52,576 bases of DNA from positions 1 through 52,576 of the IMG/VR virus record IMGVR_UViG_3300047560_000375. The stretch is one strand, 5' to 3'. A program made the translations under genes and the position numbers. Position 1 is the first letter of the stretch. Each line of letters starts with the position of its first letter. Below the pieces are notes generated by a model. It made no database searches, was not told where the DNA came from, and worked only from the letters and a program-made list of their open reading frames with translations. Of the stretch, positions 45,715-52,576 are shown one piece after another. This DNA is from a virus. Its lineage: Duplodnaviria > Caudoviricetes.

Positions 45715-46026
45715 CTTTGCTATACCTTCAAAAATGTTCTTTTGGATCTGATACCACTCAATCCATGCGTCATTTTTGATAGCACACTCATAATATGTAG
45801 TGTAGTTTAACGTGACTGTTTCTGCCACGTCACTTAATTTAACTTCATCCTTTAATTTCTGTAAATTGGGGCATTTTATAGTTGCTTGTTTCCCGGGGGG
45901 TTCAGGGAACTTAGCAGTTACAGGAGCTGTAGTAGAACACCCTGAACACATTGCTAATATCAACAAGACAGTGATTAAGACCACAATCATTGTGCTTATT
46001 TGGTTTTGATTCCTATTACTTGTCAT
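45712..46026 (-). CDS. Outer-membrane spanin (Rz1-like lipoprotein)
   Basis: Hydrophobic signal plus lipobox-like CSGC; Pro-rich; C..L..L...NY..YYECA. Confidence 0.7.
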   Translation of the reverse strand: MTSNRNQNQISTMIVVLITVLLILAMCSGCSTTAPVTAKFPEPPGKQATIKCPNLQKLKDEVKLSDVAETVTLNYTTYYECAIKNDAWIEWYQIQKNIFEGIAK

Positions 46027-46451
46027 TTGATCGGCTCCGCGGCTTTATTGTGTATCGTAACGAATTCTTTCGGAACCACGCAGTTCTTGTCTAATACTTC
46101 ACGGTTTCTATCTACTTCAACAATTATGTCTCTACCACGCTGACGGACAATCTGTGTTCGTGTAACTACTTTTTCAACGATTTTTACGTTTTCTTTAGCT
46201 GATATAGCTTCGGCTTCTGCAACCTTAGCTTCCAGTTCTTTGACTCTTAATTCCCACTGCTGATTGTCTGCTAGGCCACCCTCGAGGTAAAGTGCTAGGG
46301 ACAAAACAATAAGACTGATTACTCTGATTGGAATGATGTACTGTTTTACAACAGGGATCATACCCAATACGAATCCAGCTATTGTTCCCAATACGCCCGC
46401 AATCAACAATATATGAAATGCCCAGTCGGGCATGATTGATAGTATCCACAT
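46023..46451 (-). CDS. Inner-membrane spanin (Rz-like)
   Basis: N-terminal transmembrane segments, coiled coil, C-terminal CVVP..FV..HN.A; overlaps the o-spanin start. Confidence 0.7.
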   Translation of the reverse strand: MWILSIMPDWAFHILLIAGVLGTIAGFVLGMIPVVKQYIIPIRVISLIVLSLALYLEGGLADNQQWELRVKELEAKVAEAEAISAKENVKIVEKVVTRTQIVRQRGRDIIVEVDRNREVLDKNCVVPKEFVTIHNKAAEPIK

Positions 46452-46455
46452 TCAC

Positions 46456-47712
46456 TTATTTATCTCGCAATTTAGAAAGATTGGGATTTACATCTTTTAA
46501 GTAATGATTTCTGTGGTTGTCGAATATATCAGTATATTTAAAAAACTGCTGTAAGTTTTCCGTGTAATCTACGCTTTCCCTGCATTTTTCTCGCACTGTC
46601 TTTAATCTAGAATGAAACAGAAAACCCTGGTATCTACAGTGATTCTTTACCCACTCGTCTATTTTATTCAAGCATTCTGTTTTGTAGTCTAATGGAAGAT
46701 ATGTAAAATCATAGTAGTCTGGTTGATTCAGAATGATAGGGGCTACTGTTACTTTGTTTCTTTTATATTCTCTGTTGAAACTTTCTGCATATTCGAATAA
46801 TTCTGTAATGTACGCTAGATTGCTTTTCTGTAGCACTGGGTTAATTGTAATTGATATATTGTCGCTGGGTAGTGCTACGACTTTTCTAAAGTTACTATCA
46901 ATTTGTTTCCAGTTACTTGGGTATCTATTATATTCTTGTATTGGGCCAACGCCATCAATACTTGCTAGAAAAGTTACTTTCTTGAAGTAGGGTAATAGCG
47001 AATAGAAGTCTTTCTTAGTGTTTGTTAAGTTAGTGCTTATTTGAAGTTCGATATGTTTACTATGCTCAGTGTTGACCATGTATTCCATGAACTCGTAGTT
47101 TTTATCTATTATTGTAGGTTCGCCGCCCGCCGCATAGTATTTCTTTAAGTTAGGTATCTGTTTATATACTTCATTGTTGAATATTGCAGTCTCATACCAA
47201 GTGTTATAATCTTTATCTGTTGAAGAAAAGATAATAGTTTTTGCCTGTTCGTTTATGTTTTTAATCTCTTTATTGTAAGATGAACTGGCTTCTGTATAGC
47301 AATAACGACATGATAGATTGCAAAGATTACCAAATCGTAGGTCAAAGAATTCAATGGCAGCGTCAATGTCTTTATCTTCTAGTGACTGATTTAGTTTATC
47401 TCTAAAACTTGCAGTGTTAAACCACTCTTGATTATATCGTGTTCTGTGACTAGAATTACTATACTTCTCAGATCGGTAACAGTCCTCACAACCATCGATG
47501 GGCTTACCCTCAATCATATCCTTGCGTATACTCTTGTAGTCAGCACTATTTAAGATTGTGTCGATAGTCTGACTACCCAAGTTGTAGTTGTTCCCGTTTT
47601 CATCTTTGATAAATCGGTTAGACATACAACATATTCTAGGGCTTCCGTCGGTGTGTGCCGCAATGTGGATCCACGGAAAAACACAAAAACTTTTATTGTT
47701 TGACAAATTCAT
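46456..47712 (-). CDS. Radical SAM protein with an N-terminal twitch/SPASM-like Cys cluster (paralog 2)
   Basis: CNLSCRYC, GGEP, ASIDG; N-terminal FC..PW.H...CC...CEDC. Confidence 0.9.
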   Translation of the reverse strand: MNLSNNKSFCVFPWIHIAAHTDGSPRICCMSNRFIKDENGNNYNLGSQTIDTILNSADYKSIRKDMIEGKPIDGCEDCYRSEKYSNSSHRTRYNQEWFNTASFRDKLNQSLEDKDIDAAIEFFDLRFGNLCNLSCRYCYTEASSSYNKEIKNINEQAKTIIFSSTDKDYNTWYETAIFNNEVYKQIPNLKKYYAAGGEPTIIDKNYEFMEYMVNTEHSKHIELQISTNLTNTKKDFYSLLPYFKKVTFLASIDGVGPIQEYNRYPSNWKQIDSNFRKVVALPSDNISITINPVLQKSNLAYITELFEYAESFNREYKRNKVTVAPIILNQPDYYDFTYLPLDYKTECLNKIDEWVKNHCRYQGFLFHSRLKTVREKCRESVDYTENLQQFFKYTDIFDNHRNHYLKDVNPNLSKLRDK

Positions 47713-47722
47713 TTGCTTTTTG

Positions 47723-48979
47723 TTATTTATATACTATGTCAAACAGTTCAGGATTTACATCACGTAAATAAAATTGTCTGTGTTTGTCAAAAATGTTAGT
47801 GAATTCTCTAAAACGAGCCAATTCATGCTCGTAGGGAGTATCTGTCATGCATTTGTTTTTTAGTTCTTTCATTTTAGATGTAAACCACACATCTTGAAAT
47901 TTGCATTTGGTGTCAATCCAATGTTGTATCTTGTCCCAACAGTATGTCTTATATTCTAGTGGTAAATATGTTAAATCTAACTGATTGGGGACATACAATA
48001 TTATAGGTGAGATTGCAACGACTGGTTTGTTTTCAGCAATATTGAACGATTCTATATATTCAAATAGATCAACCATATACCCAAGGTTTACGTTTTGAAT
48101 AACGGGCGTTACGTTTATTGATATGTTTGACTTTTTGTTTGAAATTAACTTTTTGAAGTTTTTATCAATCTGTTGCCATTTGCTTGGATATCTAATATAT
48201 TCCTGAATTACTCCAAAACCATCAATGCTTGCAAAAAATACAACATGCTTGAATTGATTGATTATATTCAGAAATCTATCTTGCATGTTAGTCATGTTTG
48301 AATTCAACTTCAATGTAATGTCTTTTGCTTTGTCCTGTTCAATCAAGTATTCTAACACTTCATAGTTCTTTTCGATTATCGTTGGTTCTCCACCAGTGAC
48401 ATATAGTTCTTTAATGTTGTCCAGCTGTGATGTTATGTTATCAAAGAATTGACTAGTAGAATACCAGCCGTTGATATCGATAACTGGTTTTATTTCCATG
48501 AAAGAAGATATTGCTGATTTTTCGTTTAGTTCTATCAATTCTTTTTCATATTGAATTGAATTATCGGGACTACAACTTTTGCAGTTGAGATTGCACATAT
48601 TACCGAAACGTAAATCAAAATATTCCACTGTTTCTGTAATCTCAGTTCCCTCCATTAATTTTTGGCTGATTGACGGAACGTCACTCCACTTTAAATTATA
48701 CTGACTTCTATAGCTAGCACCAGTAGTATTTTCTTCTATTTGATAGCAACGTTCACACCCTGCAACAGGGATGCCTTGAATCATTTTTTCTCTAATGTCT
48801 TTGTATCCATTAGAGTTTATTATATCAGATAATGAATCTCTACCTAAATTAAACGCATTGCCATTGTCTTTGTTGACTGTAACTGAGGATATACAGCAAG
48901 GCTTTACATCACCATTGGGTGCTGTGGCAATGTGCATCCAAGGAAGTACACAAAAACTTTTATTGTTTGAAAAATCCAT
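47723..48979 (-). CDS. Radical SAM protein with an N-terminal twitch/SPASM-like Cys cluster (paralog 1)
   Basis: CNLNCKSC, GGEP, ASIDG; N-terminal FC..PW.H...CC...CERC. Confidence 0.9.
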   Translation of the reverse strand: MDFSNNKSFCVLPWMHIATAPNGDVKPCCISSVTVNKDNGNAFNLGRDSLSDIINSNGYKDIREKMIQGIPVAGCERCYQIEENTTGASYRSQYNLKWSDVPSISQKLMEGTEITETVEYFDLRFGNMCNLNCKSCSPDNSIQYEKELIELNEKSAISSFMEIKPVIDINGWYSTSQFFDNITSQLDNIKELYVTGGEPTIIEKNYEVLEYLIEQDKAKDITLKLNSNMTNMQDRFLNIINQFKHVVFFASIDGFGVIQEYIRYPSKWQQIDKNFKKLISNKKSNISINVTPVIQNVNLGYMVDLFEYIESFNIAENKPVVAISPIILYVPNQLDLTYLPLEYKTYCWDKIQHWIDTKCKFQDVWFTSKMKELKNKCMTDTPYEHELARFREFTNIFDKHRQFYLRDVNPELFDIVYK

Positions 48980-50030
48980 TTACTTTATCAGATATGTATT
49001 CTATTTCTAAATCTGTTAGTTCAGGGTATAATGGCAGACTCAACACACCTCGACTTAACATGACACTGGTACTTAGCATATCTGGTTTTTTAAATTTAGT
49101 AGCAGTAGGCAAATCACCTAATACATATTCGTAATGCTTTTTAGTATCGATACCGTCTAACATCATATGAGTGTGCAAACTGTTTCTGTCAGGAAGATAC
49201 ATTACAAACTTTTGATGTGCGTGTGGGAATCTAGTATCACTGAAGCATTCAAGCGGCAGATCCTTGAATTGTTCACACCAATACTCAGATATTTTCTTTC
49301 TCTTTGCTTGCCACTCGTCTATGTATTTTATTCTTACCATCAAGTGGGCACAATCTAATTCGCTCATTTTTGAATTGGTGCCAACATCATGGAAATAAGG
49401 TTTACAATTGTCTCGATAACTTGATGCATAAAGATATAACTTTTGGTCATTGGTTACGATGGCGCCACCATTACCACTAGCGTTTAAGTTCTTAGTAGGA
49501 TCAAAACTGATTGCCATGCCACTACCAACGTTGCCACCTGCTTCTAACCAATGCTGTGCCCCGTCAACAATGACTCCGTGACTTTCTTGATAGGTGGCGT
49601 GAGGCCATGGTCTACGACCGGCAAAGCCCATGAGACAATCATATATTCCTGCTTGCTGTTTTTCTTGTGACAAGATACCATACTTGTCAGTGTCACCGAG
49701 TTCAATATCCCAGCCCGCAGTAACGAATGCGTTTAGTGTTGCCGGATATGTTAAGTTAGGCAAACGAACTTTAGGATTGCCATCCATTGTTTCGTTGTGC
49801 TTAATCTTTTTCCAACGTGCAATAATTTCTAATGCTTGTGTACCACTGTGTACCGTGATTGCATATTTTGTTTTAGTTCTGTGCTTTAGCCATTCTTCAA
49901 ATGACCGAGTAAAATGTCCACCAACTAGTTGACCGTCTTTCAACGAATCAACTGTGGCTTGCAACAATTCATCTTTAAGATTTTTAAATTGTCTTTTCAG
50001 ACCAAAATGGGGAATTTGCAAGCCACTCAT
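48960..50030 (-). CDS. DegT/DnrJ/EryC1/StrS PLP-dependent sugar aminotransferase
   Basis: SGTQAL, DGAQ, SFDPTKNL, GGAIVT, NSKMSE, LSLPLYP. Confidence 0.9.
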   Translation of the reverse strand: MSGLQIPHFGLKRQFKNLKDELLQATVDSLKDGQLVGGHFTRSFEEWLKHRTKTKYAITVHSGTQALEIIARWKKIKHNETMDGNPKVRLPNLTYPATLNAFVTAGWDIELGDTDKYGILSQEKQQAGIYDCLMGFAGRRPWPHATYQESHGVIVDGAQHWLEAGGNVGSGMAISFDPTKNLNASGNGGAIVTNDQKLYLYASSYRDNCKPYFHDVGTNSKMSELDCAHLMVRIKYIDEWQAKRKKISEYWCEQFKDLPLECFSDTRFPHAHQKFVMYLPDRNSLHTHMMLDGIDTKKHYEYVLGDLPTATKFKKPDMLSTSVMLSRGVLSLPLYPELTDLEIEYISDKVNGFFKQ

Positions 50031-50952
50031 AATATTTCTGAAACCCTTCTTCTACATCAACTTTAGGATCGTAGCCAAAATCTCTACGTGCGGCATCAAT
50101 GTTCAATGCACCGCGGCTAGGAAAATCAGCATCTTTGTCTTTAACTTCAATAGCACCTTTACCTACAATCTTAATTGCAAGTTTAGCCGCGTCTAGTAAA
50201 CTACGACTATGTGACTTTGTTATATTGTAGGTTTTGTTTTCTGTGTTGTCTGATAGTGCGGCGTTGACAATTCCATCTGCGGCATCTTCAACGTAGGTGA
50301 AGTCGAGAGTTTCTCCTGCACCATTGACTTTAAGGGTTCCTCCTCGCATTGCTGTGAGTAAGAACTTGCTGATGACACGGTCTTCCACGTCAAGTGGACC
50401 ATATACAGCAGAGGGGCGTATAATAGTGTGAACCAAATTGTCACGGCGAGTATAATCTTTGACAAGCCATTCTCCTGCTAATTTCATAATACCATATTGA
50501 CCTTGTGGATTACAGATGGCATCTTCTGTAACTTGGTCAGTGAAGTCTCCATACACCATTGAACTACTGATGTAAATGAATTTGCGAACATCGTAATTCT
50601 TACTTGCTTCTAACAAGTTGAGCAACCCTTCACTCATTACACGACTACCCCACGCTGGGTTAGCGTTTACTACTTTTTGTCTTGGGAAGCTAGCCATGTG
50701 AATTACAATCTCAGGCTGTTCAAGGTTGAATACTTTATCGACAAGTTCACTAGATGCAATGTCATATTCGTACAATCCATCAATCTCAATCTTCTTAACA
50801 CGCTCGTGCATCAAATAGTTAATTTCTTCTTGAGGGATGATGCCATAATTTGTTCGTGTGTCCATAATAGACACAATATGTCCCTGGTCTTGTAAACGTT
50901 TAACAACGTTGTGACCTATTAGTCCTAATCCACCTGTTACTAAAATGTTCAT
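49984..50952 (-). CDS. NAD-dependent nucleotide-sugar epimerase/dehydratase
   Basis: TGGLGLIG, SSSMVYG, YGIMK, RPSAVYGP, DFTYVED. Confidence 0.92.
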   Translation of the reverse strand: MNILVTGGLGLIGHNVVKRLQDQGHIVSIMDTRTNYGIIPQEEINYLMHERVKKIEIDGLYEYDIASSELVDKVFNLEQPEIVIHMASFPRQKVVNANPAWGSRVMSEGLLNLLEASKNYDVRKFIYISSSMVYGDFTDQVTEDAICNPQGQYGIMKLAGEWLVKDYTRRDNLVHTIIRPSAVYGPLDVEDRVISKFLLTAMRGGTLKVNGAGETLDFTYVEDAADGIVNAALSDNTENKTYNITKSHSRSLLDAAKLAIKIVGKGAIEVKDKDADFPSRGALNIDAARRDFGYDPKVDVEEGFQKYYEWLANSPFWSEKTI

Positions 50953-51236
50953 TCGTATTTCAACTTATAATATGTTAATTGTTTTGGTGTCAAGTATGCT
51001 TTAATTCTATACTCGTAACCATATGTCATGTGATTAATAGCACGAACCCACATTGGTTCAGGTGCTGAATGTTCCATGATATACTTACCCTTCTCTGTTT
51101 GTTGCCATTCATAGATAGGTTGAGCAACCATCAAATCAGGATCTTCCACATCACCCATGTTGATATAGTGTACAGTATACTCTACTGTACATGAACCTTC
51201 CTCAGACGGCCATGATTGCTTTAATCTGTCTATCAA
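50949..51236 (-). CDS. Hypothetical protein, possible distant FxLRW-family member
   Basis: IYEWQQ...LTYYKLKY. Confidence 0.6.
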   Translation of the reverse strand: MIDRLKQSWPSEEGSCTVEYTVHYINMGDVEDPDLMVAQPIYEWQQTEKGKYIMEHSAPEPMWVRAINHMTYGYEYRIKAYLTPKQLTYYKLKYE

Positions 51237-51805
51237 TCTATTTTCCTAATAAGATGATTTTTAAATACACTTTTACTTGGCAACACGCCCTTAGCCATTC
51301 TCTTAATAGTTGCGTGAACATTAGCGATGCTGACATTGAATTCATCTGCGATTATCTTTAAACCAGCTACTTGTTTTGTAGTTCCATCTGGATAGATTAT
51401 CTCATAATAAGTCGTGTAGGACAATAGAGCAGGGTCAACTCCCTTGATCCAACTATTGTTCAATTGATTCTCTCTGAGGATGGAACGAGTTTCTTCAGAG
51501 TGGCTTTTTCCATAAAATGGATTCTTATCACCCTTTCTCTTTTTAGCATTTTCACGCAATGTTTCCATTCCCTCTTTAGTCCAATTTTTTGGCCCAAGCA
51601 TCTTCAAGTAATTTGCTTCTTCCTTACCTATCTGGTTTGACAATGCCATGTAAGCAATATAGTCAAACTTACTGCCATGTTCTTCAAACAATTTTCTATG
51701 TGCCTCAGCATGTTCGGTTATAGTGAGTTTAATAATGTTAGAAGGATCATCTGTTCCTCCCATATGTTTAGGTATAATATGATGATAGTGATAAATTGAT
51801 TTCAT
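51233..51805 (-). CDS. Free-standing HNH homing endonuclease with a NUMOD3-like motif
   Basis: HHIIPKHMGGTDDPSNIIKLT..EH..AH; NPFYGKSHSEET. Confidence 0.85.
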   Translation of the reverse strand: MKSIYHYHHIIPKHMGGTDDPSNIIKLTITEHAEAHRKLFEEHGSKFDYIAYMALSNQIGKEEANYLKMLGPKNWTKEGMETLRENAKKRKGDKNPFYGKSHSEETRSILRENQLNNSWIKGVDPALLSYTTYYEIIYPDGTTKQVAGLKIIADEFNVSIANVHATIKRMAKGVLPSKSVFKNHLIRKID

Positions 51806-51823
51806 GTATCTATTTATCACTAT
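51785..51823 (-). promoter_or_regulatory. Late promoter plus a 12-bp hairpin enclosing the HNH start codon
   Basis: ATAGTGATAAAT (51785-51796)/ATTTATCACTAT (51812-51823); GATAAATA at 51811-51818. Confidence 0.75.
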
Positions 51824-51839
51824 GGTCTACCTTTTAACA

Positions 51840-52576
51840 TTAAACTGCCATCGGTGCTTTCAATTGACCATGTGATTGATAATCAACTAACTTGATATCA
51901 TTCATTGTAAATTTATCAATGTCTTTAATATCTGGATTTACCCACAGCGTGGGTAACGGAAATTCTGTTCTTGACAATTGTTCCTTAACCTGCTCAACAT
52001 GGTTATGATAGACATGAGTGTCTCCGGTTGATATTATTAATTCGCCCACACTATATCCACATACCTGAGCAATTAAATGAGTTAACAACGCATAACTAGC
52101 GATATTGAAGGGGAGGCCTAAATAAACATCCACGGATCTTTGATACATATGGCAACTAAGTTCTTTATTTTTGTTGACATAAAATTGACTCATAACATGA
52201 CAAGGTGGCAATGCCATTTGGTCTAGTTCACCTGCATTCCACGCATTGATAATGTGTCTGCGACCATTGGGGTCGTTCTTTAACCCTTCAATGAGGTTCT
52301 TAAGCTGGTCCGTCTCTTTAACGTGGAAGATGCCCTTCCTGTTATAAGTACTGCCGAAGTCGTCCTTAAACGTTTCTTGTTTATGTGATATAGGTGTTTT
52401 CCAATGACGCCATTGTACTCCGTAGACACGACCCAAGTCACCTTCATATTGCGCTTTCGGTTTCCAATACGGAGCAAGCGCATTGGGCGTCCAGATTGTA
52501 ACCTTACCGTCTTTACTTCCATGCGTGAGTTCTGCGAGGCGTCTTTCGTCCCCACTACCTTCAATAAACCATAGTA
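51840..52576 (-). CDS. thyA: Thymidylate synthase (5' end outside the window)
   Basis: Frame open to the edge (LWFIEG...GDLGRVYGVQWR); MALPPCH, YQRSVD, GLPFNIASY, GDTHVY.NH. Confidence 0.95.
   Translation of the reverse strand, partial: LWFIEGSGDERRLAELTHGSKDGKVTIWTPNALAPYWKPKAQYEGDLGRVYGVQWRHWKTPISHKQETFKDDFGSTYNRKGIFHVKETDQLKNLIEGLKNDPNGRRHIINAWNAGELDQMALPPCHVMSQFYVNKNKELSCHMYQRSVDVYLGLPFNIASYALLTHLIAQVCGYSVGELIISTGDTHVYHNHVEQVKEQLSRTEFPLPTLWVNPDIKDIDKFTMNDIKLVDYQSHGQLKAPMAV

Noticed and set aside
3345-50895. Many plus-strand ORFs of 60-180 aa antisense to long genes (e.g. 3921-4463, 27339-27884, 30147-30605)
   Set aside because: These are shadow ORFs caused by the codon bias of the minus-strand genes; they have no RBS, promoter or motif support
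52280-52576. Apparent split or frameshifted thyA (two ORFs in the track)
   Set aside because: The ThyA frame is open to the window edge; the 94-aa ORF is an off-frame artefact
1-52576. Stop-codon reassignment, tRNA genes, introns or canonical inteins
   Set aside because: Genes are full length in the standard code with TAA, TGA and TAG all used as stops; no cloverleaf was seen in the short intergenic gaps; helicase, terminase and UvsX are uninterrupted

Overview
A 52.6-kb, AT-rich, densely coding segment of a large lytic tailed dsDNA phage (myovirus/jumbo-like) that carries a distant T4-type gene set. Its Rz/Rz1-like spanins point to a Gram-negative host. Nearly all genes are on the minus strand. 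Order along the window: virion, tail-fibre and putative head-internal genes with a Nudix hydrolase, a PD-(D/E)XK exonuclease and IscA (1-11.6 kb); helicase and primase; a 190-aa miniature DnaE-like polymerase coupled to a DEDDh exonuclease; a 5-kb tandem array of about 16 small paralogous ORFs ending in an F-x-L-R-W-type motif (16.7-21.6 kb); clamp-loader-like and UvsW genes; an early region with several consensus sigma70 promoters, two AAA ATPases and rIIA/rIIB; UvsY, UvsX and gp32; terminase; more virion genes and spanins; twin radical SAM genes with sugar-nucleotide enzymes; an HNH endonuclease; and a partial thyA. The non-coding DNA shows a late-promoter motif (G/T/C)ATAAATA, many start codons placed at the predicted +1 (leaderless mRNAs), hairpins that hide the ribosome-binding site or start codon and overlap late promoters, and several structured leaders. 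All product calls come from motifs recognised by eye. No database searches were run. Several start codons were moved relative to the ORF track using RBS and promoter context.
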